Shown: one piece after another, positions 40,540-52,335 of the stretch | Numbering within the stretch: position 1 is the first letter of the stretch | Layout of the letters: each line of letters opens with the position of its first letter | Source of the DNA: Cycas panzhihuaensis | Lineage: Eukaryota; Plantae; Cycadophyta | NCBI GenBank assembly: GCA_023213395.1 | Contig: CM041465.1 | Span: 157,611,741-157,675,740 of the forward strand | Reading direction: 5' to 3' | Length of the DNA: 64,000 nucleotides | The notes under the pieces: generated by a model | Database searches by the model: none | What the model saw: only the letters and a program-made list of their open reading frames with translations | Told to the model about the DNA's origin: nothing | Program-made: the position numbers and the translations under genes

Positions 40540-41375
40540 CATTAAAAGAGGATGAAGTACATTAAAAGATCCTCTTAAAGTGCTCTAAAAAGAGGACTAA
40601 GTACATTAAAACTCCCCTTTAACATACTTTCTAAGTACATTGGAAAATCCTCTTAAAATAGAGTTAAAATATAACTCTAGAAGGACAAAGTACATGAGAA
40701 AATACTTGTTAAAGTACTCCTTAATGAAGCCAAAAATGCTCTTGAAAGGAGACAAAATAAAGTTTGATAGCTTAATGTCTTCATAAGGTATCACACCCTT
40801 TTATGCCACCAAAAATGTACCTTTTAAAGAGGATAAAGTACAAGAAAGTAATCCTCTTGAGGTACCTTTTATGCCATCAAAAACATATCATTTAAAGAGG
40901 ATAAATACTTGAGATAAATCCTCTTAAAGTATCCTTTAAATGAAGCCGTTAGAATACATTTCAAAGAGGGTAAGATACTTAAAAATTCTCTTGATATGCT
41001 TGCCAAAAGTGCTCTTTTGTGCCACCAAAAATGTACCTTTAAGAAGATCAAATGTATTACAAATCCTCTTAAGGTACTATTTTATGTCTCTAAGAAATAC
41101 TTTAAAAAGAGGATTAGTCTGCATTAAAATCCTCTCGATAATCCCTTAAATGTCGCCTTAAGAACATATTTCAAAGAAGATAAAATATTTAAAAATTTTC
41201 TTAAAATATGCTTTAAAATAGAGCTGAAGTGTACTTTTAAAAGAGGACAAATCATATGACAAAAGACCTCTTAAAGTACCCTTTACATGTCGCCAAAAAA
41301 ACTCTTTTATGCCACCAACAATGTACTTTAAAGAAGAGGATTAGATGCATTAAAGATCCTCTTAAAGTACTTGTT
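40540..41375. repeat. Degenerate array of ~65-70-bp hairpin-forming units
   Basis: About 10 units of gtac-tttaa-agaggat [variable loop] atcctct-taaa-gtac, e.g. at 40545, 40815, 40885, 41030, 41098, 41232 and 41322. Confidence 0.8.
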
Positions 41376-43718
41376 ATGCTGCCAAAAATATACTCGAAAG
41401 TAGAGTCCAATAATACTTCTTTTATGTCACCTAAATACTATCTTAAAAAATGACTACACTAAAAGAATATATTATTAAAATAGGTATATTCTCATGAATA
41501 TACCTATGTTTATAAAATTATAAACATTGATCACATATCAAATAATAATTTTTTTGATCGATCTTCTGGCGGCAACAGTGATAACTACTTTCCGACAGCT
41601 CCCGTTTGTGACTTCGACGACTGTTCTAGCAAGTGCCTTCGTCGGGCGGTGGCTTTATTACCAGGTGGCGACAACTTCAGACAATGGTGGCATTCATAGT
41701 TTGATGTGGCACAACTACGACTCCGGTGACCTAGCAATGACCGGCAATAGCTCCAGTGACCTGGCAACGACCGGTAATAGCTCCGACATAGGGGCGACTG
41801 GTGGCTATGGAGCAACAACAGGGGAGACGAACGACTGGTAGGCGTTGGCGGCTCCCTTCTAGTGGCTGAGTGACGGCGAGCGGCTTTAAAGTTGGTGTGT
41901 CCATCATGTACTACACGTACTGTTAGTGATAGGCAACAACCCCTAACAAAAAACTCTCAACAGAGGACAGCAGGCGACTCCACGATAGCGGCTTCACGAC
42001 AGAGGGGCATCTAGCAGCTTCAACAACAAGTACACTAGGGCGCTACTCCATAATGACATTGCGTTGGAAGAGCCACGATTCCTTGTGGCACCTACAAATA
42101 CTTGTTGCTTGACAAAGCCCACTCATAAGTGACAGTGAACATCACAAAACTTATTTATTGATTTAACATGAAGGGTTTGTTCTCCAGGCTTAGATTGATA
42201 AGTTTCAGCAAACCTTCTTTCAGACCCTTCACTCCAATAATAGTCAGAGTATTCTCAAGACTTAGTTGCAATGAGTAGATAGATGTAAATAGAGGGTTGT
42301 TCATGACAGAGCTTAGTGCACGAACATGGCTGAATTTAAGACACACATGGCAGAACACAAGTGTCCATAACCTGACTTTGATACCATGTAGGAATGAGTG
42401 GATAGGACTAGGAGACAAGTCATAAAGCACATGTGAAAAGTCACAAGAGATGACAATACAACAAATGACTCACAACTCTCCAAATCGCATTAAGAAAAGA
42501 TGAATGTTACAAATACATATTTATAACTTTACATTAAGTCTAATCATAGGAGGTGGTTCAACAACTCTAACGCTCCCATGAATTTTGGTGTGCTCAAACT
42601 AACCTCATTAATAGTTACAGCATCTTTGACTTTTAGAAACATTGACTAAGTATCTTCTCTCACTAGAATATTCTCATCAAGAATATTCTATGTGAGCAAT
42701 TATTTTAATGAAATGAAATGAACTTAAATGAACATATCATGGGAATGTACATTATTCCAACAATTTGGTCAGAATCTTGTCCACGTAGATTGTTGTATAT
42801 ATTGGGCAAGTTACTTAGTCATGAAAGTCAATAATGTTGAAGTGATATACTGTCTTTATGTAGCCATAATTGGGAAGTATGTAGATGTGATTGTGACAGA
42901 AATTTTCATTATATTTGGCACAAAAGATCCCTTGGATGATACAGAGAAAACAAAGTATTTTGTTGGTTCAAAACAAGTACCTGCATTTGTGGAACTCAGA
43001 AAGAAATCATTGTCTTTCCTTTCCTTTCATGAGAGTTGAGTTGATCATACTTGTTGTCTTGGAGACAAATATAGAGGAATCTCTTCTCTTCATGGAAATC
43101 CTAAAATCCAAGTCCCATGTTGTCACATTCGATCTTGGAGATAATAATTACAAGAGATCACACCTGTAGTTGGAACACGCAGGTACTATAGTAGCAATAA
43201 GAGATGACAGAACAGGCATGACATATAGGCTTTGCTACATTTCAGTCGAAGATCGAGGACATAACATTGTCTTTAGGAAGATTCCCAGATTGAGGTGCTA
43301 CAAATTCAAACATCTCATGTCAAGTCTTGTGTTAGTCTTGTTGTCAGTCCTTAGTACTAGGTGTCATGATGTCTTTAGTATCCAGTTTTGTGGTCTTGAC
43401 ATTAAACATTAAGGGGAGGTGTTGGAAGATAATGTTTAATGTGTAAATGTTTAATGTATTTAGGTATAAGTTATGTCTTAGGGTCATTAGTGTGGTAGTC
43501 CTAAGTATTATATAATGATTTATAGTGATATTGTCTATAAGGTCCAATAAGGATGTTAAGTGATGTCATTAAGCATGTTTATATGTAACACCTAATTAGT
43601 TGGTGAGGTGGTTGTTCTTTTTAGTTGGAGGAGTTAACGACAAGTCCAAGTATAAATATGTATTCATTCTCTTTCAATAATGATTAATACAATAAAGTTT
43701 GATACCCATGTTTTAATA

Positions 43719-46700
43719 GTATTCTGGCCGACCTACATGAGTTATCCAAGTCAATATCTCACATTGTCTTGGCTGACTTCTAAATGGAGGCAGAAATCCA
43801 ACTATATAAAGGAATCTAGGGCCTCATTCCTCCCCATCCTAGCATTGATTTGGCAAGAGTTTTTCAACCCTTAAAGCAGCAATCCTTTGGCCCTTTGGAC
43901 ATCAGTATTCAGAGGCTACCTCCCCTCGAAGAGGGAGCATTATCTTGGCTCCACTACTATATTTAATTGATATCTAATTACTTTATATCTGGTGATATTT
44001 TGTTCATTCATTTCCTTTTGAAATTTAATTGCTATATTTAATTGCTATGTATTATTTGTATTAGTAGCCTTTTCTAGTACATATTCAGGATCCTAACGAA
44101 TCTTGTCGCTACAAGTGGTATTAGAACTTCGTAAAAAGCGGGAATTCAGAGGGAAAAATTGAAAAATCAGTAGTTAAATTTCCTTCCCCCACCCGCATAG
44201 GAAGGAACCTAGGTCGAGAAAAAGCCTTCCCAACAAAATGGTGAATCAAACCCCAAAATAAACCGAGGGGACAAACAAGAAACTAGAATAATTGAACAAC
44301 AACATTAAAAGTCTTGCAGAGCAAATAAGTGGGTGGTTGAAAACTTTTAGAGAGCCTCCTTAGGTTCGTAGAGCCGATATAACAATGGAAGAGGAAGAAT
44401 CATGAGTCATAGAGAAGTTAGGGGAATATGACATAGAGGATGAATCCATTAACCAAGAAAATTGCAACAAATACAAAGGGATAACATTTAAGAGAGGAGG
44501 ACCAAAAAACACATAGTCAGATCATGGACTCAAGGGAACCAAACTTTCATTGGAAAAGTTTGATCCAAATAGATCAAGGGATATCAAAAGCTAGTTAGTA
44601 TAGATGGAGACATATTTTGAGGTTTATGGATTAGATGGCAAGGATAAGATCTCAATAGCAGCACTTCACTTATATGGAACGACATTGCGATGGTTCTATT
44701 AGTGGAAGAAGATCAACACAGGGGTCCAAGGATCTTGGGAGTATTTGGAAAGGGGCTTGATCAATCAGTACGAAGACTATTTCACCCAACTAACGTGACT
44801 ACAACAAATAGGATCAGTACGGGAATACACAGAGCAATTTCAGGGACTTCAATGTCTTGTTTTAGAGAGAATACTGGCAGTGTATCATGGAAACTTACAT
44901 TAGTGGTTTAAAAGGACCAATTAAGCTCCGCATCAAAGTTGTGAATCTAATAAATATTCAACATGTGATTAAATTGGCCAAAAACATCGATGTAAAATTC
45001 AAGGAGACCTGGCCAACCTTTACACGTAGATATGAGCCAAATACATACTAGCACTAGGGGTCAAACCCAAATTGGATAAAATTAGGTACAAAGGTAGACC
45101 CACCATTAGCATTAAAATATTCAAATGATACAATTGAAATTTTAAGAGATGAACATCTCAAAAAGGGGACATGCTTCAGGTGCGGGGGAAACGAAACTGA
45201 GAACATCAGTGTCTAGCAACAAAGGTGTTCATGATTAACAATGAAGATGGGGAAATTCCAAAAGAAGAAGAGATTGAGTAAACTCCAGAAGAAGAAGCCA
45301 AAGTAGACCAACTCTTGGAAGTGGACACTGAGAACGTACAAATTTTCTTACAATCCATTACAAGATAACAAGTCACCCCTCAAACCCTCAGGTTCCAAGG
45401 GATGATTAAAGGAGCTCCAATAGCAATTCTAGTAGATAGTGGCATCACTCATAATTTTATCAACCAAGCCATAGCAAAGAAATCGGGATTAGAAATCCAA
45501 CCATTAAATGTATTCTTGGTGTCCATTGCAAACAGGAAAGCTACCCTAGGTGGAGGGTATTGCAAGTCCATAAATTATAAATCAAGGATTATTTAGTAAC
45601 AACATGCATGTTTGCGACGCTGATTGGAGGTGTGGATGCAGTCTTAGGCATGCAATGGTTACAAACACTGGGGAATATAGTTACAAACTACATGTCACGA
45701 TTCATGTGCTTCTACCAAAAGGGACAAAGGCTTCAAGCACTCGCTACACCACTGATACAATTGGTATCCTCATACCAGATGGAAAAAATACTGAAGAAAA
45801 ATCCTTTGGTGTACATATTAACATGCTATAAAATAACAACAGAAGATGTGCCACCTGAAGTACAAGAAATTCTAAACGAGCACAGTTAGGTATTGAAGGA
45901 ATCTCAAAGGCTCCCTCCCCAATGCGAACATCAACACGCAATTGAGTTGGTACTAGGAGCAACATTGGTAAACATACGACCATACAGACACCCGTATCAC
46001 TTAAGAAAGGAGATTGAAAATATCACAAGGGAACTCCTAGTGCAGGAATAAACAACAAATAGTACAAGCCTGTTTGCATCACTAGTGGTGGTGAACCCCA
46101 AAAAGACAGGTCCTATAGGATGTGTGTAGACTATCGAGGATTAAACAAATTGATAGTAAAGAATTGTCACCCCATCCCTAGGATAGACTGTTTGCTCGAT
46201 GAACTTTATGGAATGATATATTTCACGAAAATAGATCTCAGATCTGGGGACTATCAGATCTATGTCAAAGAAGAGGACGTTTACAAAACAACTTTCTGCA
46301 CTCATGAAGCGCTGTTTGAGTTCAAAGTTATGCCGTTCAGATTAACGAATGCCCCAACTACATTCCAAAGTACCATGAATGCAATACTCAAACCATTATT
46401 ACAGAAATTTGTACTAGTCTTTTCGAATGATATCTTATATGCAACAAAACTTGGGAAGAACACCTAGAACATATCAAGGTGGTCTTGACGATCTTGGAGA
46501 AACACCAATTATATGTGAACATGGGAAAATGCAGCTTTGCAAAAGAAGAGTTAGAATATCTAGGGCATGTCATTACCAGGGAAGGAATCAAGATGGATCC
46601 AAAAAAGACACAAGCTATTGTCAATTGGCCAACACCAAAGAATATGACAGGGATATGAAGCTTCTTAGGAGCAACAGGTTTTCTTCGAAAGTTTATAAAG

Positions 46701-49159
46701 TGATACACCCATATCACAGTACCTCTTATAGGTCTTACGAAGAAAGACGCGTTTAGACAGAACCCATTAACAGAAAAAGCCTTCAAAGACCTCAAAAGAG
46801 CAATGGTTAAGGCACCAGTTTTTGCAATACTAGATTTTTCTCAACCATTTATCTTAGAATCTGATGTTTCTGGATTTGGGATTGGAGTTATTCTAGTACA
46901 AGAAGGTTGGCCAATGGTGTATAAAAGCAGGAAACTGAACAACAGAGAGAAGTTAAAACCAATATATGACAAAGAAATGTTGGCGATAACGCACGCGATT
47001 TAACAGTGAAGGCAATGCCTGCTCAGAATCAAATTCATAGTTCGAATAGATCACAATAGCTTAAAATATTTCTTGAATCAGAGAACTTTATCAGACGAAC
47101 AACAAAAATGGGTGGGCAAGCTACAAATATTCGATTATAATATCAGATACAAAAAAGGAAAAGAGAATGTCATAGTAGATGCCCTGCCACAACTACCAAA
47201 ATCAACGGAGAAATATCTCTCAAGGCAGTAACGATAGCAACCCCTAATTGGACTCGGGAATTTATTATAGAATACAAGGGCGATCCATTCTCACAGAGGT
47301 TGTTAGAAGATATACGGACCTAAAAAATGTCAAAGTTTGAGTTGCATGGAGATTTAATCCTATGGAAAGGAAAGATATTTGTCCCAACAAATTCCAAAGT
47401 AAAGGAGGTCTTTGTAGATGAAGCTCATTTAACACCTAGAAGAGGACACAGGAATTGATAAAACCTATCAGAAAATAAGGAATTCTTTTTACTGGAAGGG
47501 GATGAAGGTAGACATCCTAAAAAGGGTATCAGAATATGACATTTGTCAATGTAACAAAGGCGAGTGAATGACAAGCTCGAGACTATTACAACCTCTACAT
47601 ATCCCACCTAAAAATGGGAAGAAATTTTGATGGATTTCATTACAGGGTTCCCACGATCAGAAGGAAAGGATGCTATCTTCGTAGTAGTGGATAGACTTAC
47701 GAAATACACATACTTTAGGGGGACACAAATTACGGTGAAGGCAAGTTAGATTGCATAAGTATACATGAAAGAAATACATCGATTGCACAGGTTTCCAAAG
47801 ATTGTAGTTAGTGATAGAGACCTAAAATTTACTATCCATTTTTGGCAGGTTTTTTTCAAGTTGGCAGGAACAAAACTACATATGAGCACAACTTATCATC
47901 CACAAACAGATGGGCGAATTGAGGTAGTAAATAAGTGTCTGGAAGGATACCTACGAAAGTTCTTCTCAAACAAACGAAACCAATGGCATAGTAGAATGGT
48001 GGTACATACCACATACCATACGTCAACTAAAATGACTCCATTCCAAGCATGATACGAATATGAACCCTTACCTGTACTTAGCTGAACAAAAGTATCACAG
48101 GTTCAATTAGTTTGTGAACAATAGGAGTAGGTAGAGCGAATAGTACAAATATTAAAAGATAATCTAAATATCACAAGGAATAGGATGAAACAACAAGCAG
48201 ATGCAAAAAGAACGAAGAGGAGTTTTGAAGTAGGAGGTTGGGTCTTTCTTAGACTTCAACCTTATAAGCAAGTATCAATGCGTCAAACAAATAAACAAAA
48301 ATTAGCACCATGATTTTACGAACCATACCAAGTTAAAGAAAAGATTAGGGAAGTAGTATATTGCCTACTCCTAAACCCAGATAGAAAAATTCACAACATC
48401 TTTAACATGTCTTGCTTGAAGAAGAAGATAAGTGAGAAAATAATCCCTTAGACAACAATTTCGGATTAGACGATGAGGGGAAGATGAATATCGAACCTGA
48501 AAGGATTTTATAGATAAGGACAAGAGAACTATGCTCTAGAAGAATCCAGGAGTTCCTCATAAAATGGAAGACTTTAGATATAGAGGATGCCATTTGGGAG
48601 TCTGAAGCATGGCCGCAACAACATCCCAATTGACCCATGCTTTGAGGGCAAAGCATGTTTTCGAGGGGTGGGACATGTAGTGAACCAATTTACTTAGTCT
48701 TGGCCGACTTAGAAATAGTATTCTGGCCGACCTACATGAGTTATTCAAGTCAATATCTCACATTGCCTTAGCTGGCTTCTATATGGAGGTAGAAATCCAA
48801 CTATATAAAGGAATCTAGAGCCTCATTCCTCCCCATCCTAGCACGGATTTGGCAAGATATTTTCAGCCTTTAAGGTAGCAATCCTTCGGCCCTTTGGGCA
48901 GCAGTATTCAGAGGCTACCTCGCCTCGAAGAGGGAGCATTATCTTGGCTCCACTACCATATTTAATCGATATCTAATAACTTTATATCTGGTGATGTTTT
49001 TCTCATTCATTTCCCTTCTATTTTGTGACTTGGGCAACCTTCTTTTTATTCATTTATTACTGCAATTTAAGCATAGTTTGTTGTCACTTATTGTGTATTA
49101 TTTGTATTGGGAGCCTTTTTTAGCAAATATTCAGGATCCTAGCAAATCTTGTCGCTACA
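43719..49159 (+). mobile_element. Ty3/gypsy chromovirus with 5'-truncated 5' LTR (43719-44113) and complete 3' LTR (48676-49159)
   Basis: PBS tggtattagaac at 44116; PPT gaggggtggga; ILVDSG, MCVDYRGLNK, KIDLRSG, ESDVSG, SDRDLKF and EFLIKWK chromodomain. Same family as 16152-21343. No left TSD. Confidence 0.95.
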
Positions 49160-50118
49160 CGATCTACAATTCATGAGCCACTCAATTATATGTTAAAATA
49201 TTCAAAGAGATCATTCAATATTCATGAATAATAGAACAAATATCATGATACTATTAACTCATACTGAAAGTGATTACATCACAATGCCTCCGTAATAATA
49301 TCATATTGGACCCCATCTTGATTTAATGTTCTCTACTCTACCTCAACCACTTATTTATACATCATAAGTGAGAGAGTGTAGTAAGACTTGTGTCACATGT
49401 GGGACAAATGACCTCCAATGCAACTAATGACATATCACCTACTTGATGACCAATAACTTAATGACCACTTGCTTGCACAAGTGTGCACTACATTAACATT
49501 ATAATGTCGACTTCTGGATATGACATTCACCTAAATACTTTAGACGCTTACACGTTAACCATTATCTTCTAACACCTCCCCTTAGTGTTTAATGTCAAGA
49601 CAACAAAAACTGAATTCTAAAGACACCATGACACCAAGTACTATGGACTAATTAAAACTGACATATGATTCCACACTAGGCATTGTTTTGAATTTATAAC
49701 ACTTTGATCCTAGAATGGTCTTATAGACAATATCTTCACTTTGATCTTCATCTTGATTCCTACAACGTTGTTCTTGACGCAATCTTTTAGATTGATGGTC
49801 TTTGAACTTGACTTTCTTCATCTTCATGTGCAAGAATGAATCCTTCGTCATGTAAAATGTATAGTAGATCATGGTCAGATTAACTTGGGCTTGGTGTAGA
49901 TCTGTCAGGTGATCCTATATGTATTCATCAAAAGCATCTTGAAACTTATGGTATATATCAAACTTGTCTTCAGTCAATGGTTTAATCATCACCTATTTGT
50001 CTTCATATTCTTCAACATGAGTATGATCAGGATCTAGTTAACCAATGCCAAAATTTGAAAATAAGTCAACAAAAGAAGAATCAACATCATTTGAAATATG
50101 AGCATCAACATCCACATC

Positions 50119-50900
50119 CTATGTGTATTCCTCCCTTTGATTAGTATGTTCACAAATAATTTCTTCAACTTTTGGTAGAAAATCTTCATTAACTTGTGAG
50201 CAATTTGGATTAGAGCCAATAATCGAATCGGGAATTGACTCAACAAAATCTTCAAAAGAACAAGCATATTTGACTTTATCCTCCCCTGAAGTAATAAATT
50301 TATTTAGGTAAATTTCTATTGCTTGATTATCTCCATTTGTGGTGAAATCATCAACCTCATTATGCTTAGCAATCTCAACAACACATTCAAGAGTAGTTTC
50401 ATCACCTTCATTGGTATTCTTTTCAATTTCTTGACATACCTTTTCATTTGCATCACCGATACTGTCTTCATGATCTTCCTTATCTGTATTGTAGTCATCA
50501 ACAACTCTGTTTGCCTTTTCAAGATCCTCATACACCTCTTGAGGGCTCTTTTCATATACATCCTTTAGAAGATTCTAGGCCTTGTTAGCATATCAACATT
50601 TTGAATTGTATGAGTGAGAAATTGATAAGAAGACAGAAGATTTTCTTTGTCAAAAGTTGCTAGTATAACATCAATTGCTAATTGGTTCTTTTTCTTAAAA
50701 CTTCCGTCCCCTTCTTCATAAATTACTGTAGTACCATCACGGATAACTTTCCATAACCTTTTAACCATAAATATATATTCCATTTTAATTGCCCAAATTC
50801 GAAAAATTGTTTCGATGTATTTTGGTAAGGTCTGGGGAAAATTTATTAACCAAAATTCATTCTTTTCTGGCACAAAAACAATAATATCTTCCAACTTCAT
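50119..50900 (-). pseudogene. Truncated copia Gag N-terminal domain fused to an acidic tail (copy B)
   Basis: MKLEDIIVFVPEKNEFW...PKYIETIFRIWAIKMEYIFMVKRLWKVIRDG; after a frameshift it continues as the D/E-rich ORF 50119-50535. Confidence 0.82.
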
Positions 50901-52159
50901 GATGTGAGACTAAGTTGATTACAAGATTATTATTCAAGATTCATGCATCAACTTCAAACAGAAATAACACCATCAAAACAACAACAAATACCTTCAAATC
51001 ATATGCCAAAACAATTGTCTCTGAAATACAGTTCCAACGCCTCAGATGGTTTGAGAAACAGATGCCTAGATGCAAAGATATAAGAAGAAATGTGTAGGCA
51101 CCTCTTTATAAAGAACAATCTTCAAGTTAATAAGAGATTAGCCCCTTTAATAAATTAGCAGTTGGTCATATTGAACGTGTATGTAATTGAGGGCTTAACT
51201 GCTAGGGGGCTAGTGGATTCCAAATCACATTCCAATATGACTTAATTTGTATTTGACCTTGCAAAAAAATTTAAATTTGCCCTAATGACTTTGGTGTCCG
51301 TGGTTTGGAAACGAAGTTCCAATTTGATTAAATTAATCTTAGCATTTAGAAAAATAAAGACCCTAAAAGATACCTCTATGTTTGCGTCTGCAAATTTTCA
51401 ATACAATATGGAGCATGATTGAATCTTCGTTTATGCCCCAGACCCTACGAATGAATTTACCACCGCGACTACGTGTTCTTCTGATCGATGGTAGGTTCTC
51501 TCGAATGCTTAAGTCACCTCACACCCAATGTTAATGCGAAAGGTCACTGCCATGCTACGGACATGTGATCCTTGATAGGATTCTACAATGCCCTAACTGT
51601 GAAGTCCTAGATGCATGATTCTGCTGATAATCAATGTCATCTCTATTGACATCGCAAGCAGTTTTGTTGTTGTTGTTATATTGATACTGCCCCTAGTGCA
51701 CCTTAACGAGGCTTAGTGGATCTCTACGATGATTTTTTGGCAGAGAAAGAGCTCTAGATCGTGTTCCGAGAAAGATATACACAATAATAATACTATTTGA
51801 CAGTATATATTACAGCAACAGTTGAGGGTATCGGTGGTGTCGTCTCGAGAGCATTAGTTGATACGAACAATAGTAGCTAGGGGAATATTAATTTCGTGGC
51901 GTGGTACTAGGTTAGCCAATCTTATTTAGGTCTCTATTGTTGTTGTTTAGTGGCATCTTCCTGAATTACTAGTAAACCATGTGCCAAAGAGCTTGTTACA
52001 TGCTAATCACATTGAGCAGTGTGTTCTGCAAAGAATGAAACTAGACGTTGCAGGAATGATTGCTCTCTATTTACAGAGGCTAATTACTCGGTAGCCTTTC
52101 CTTGTGTTTCTTGCAGGTGTAATGTTTTGTCTTCTTGCAAGCAGCACCTGCCACTAGCT

Positions 52160-52335
52160 TTCATTCAACACATCATTATATTTTTTGGAATGGGGCTTTT
52201 TGGAATTGTACCTATTCTTCACAAGCTAGTACTTCATCAGAGTGATCTTGTGGCTCTACAGACAACAACTTATGAGATGGCCATGGGTGTATGCCAGTTT
52301 CACTGTGATTAGTGCTTCCTTGGTGTATGCATGCT
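52160..52335 (+). pseudogene. Captured fragment of a heptahelical transmembrane protein (HHP/PAQR, HHP4-like), antisense to element B
   Basis: FFGMGLFGIVPILHKLVLHQSDLVALQTTTYEMAMGVC (52181-52294) resembles the recalled plant HHP motif SLFFGMG.SG..PILHKL......AL.TT.YE..MG..YG.GALVYA. SFNTSL and LVYAC occur in adjacent frames on either side. Confidence 0.8.

Larger units (their letters stand above)
38675..42762 (-). mobile_element. Non-autonomous copia-derived LTR element (LTRs 38675-39045, 42387-42762) nested in copy A
   Basis: Perfect TSD ATTTG; reverse PBS actttgatacca before 42387; reverse PPT ccctccca after 39045. Only vestiges of gag and RNase H remain (ORF 39125-39421: EAI...HYSIRQH...ELMYCPS); no IN or RT. 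Confidence 0.93.
28035..43718 (+). mobile_element. Non-autonomous Gag-only (TR-GAG-like) copia-derived LTR element, copy A; ~4.5 kb once two nested insertions are removed; carries host-gene fragments
   Basis: LTRs 28035-28331 and 43420-43718 (~94% by hand count); PBS tggtattagagc at 28332; PPT aaggggagg at 43411-43419; Gag N-terminal ORF from 30452; no PR, IN or RT. Flanks atatt/gtatt are a doubtful TSD. Confidence 0.88.

Noticed and set aside
40540-41375. CRISPR-like repeat-spacer array
   Set aside because: Repeats are too degenerate, the variable parts are short AT-rich loops, no cas genes are present and the context is a plant retroelement.
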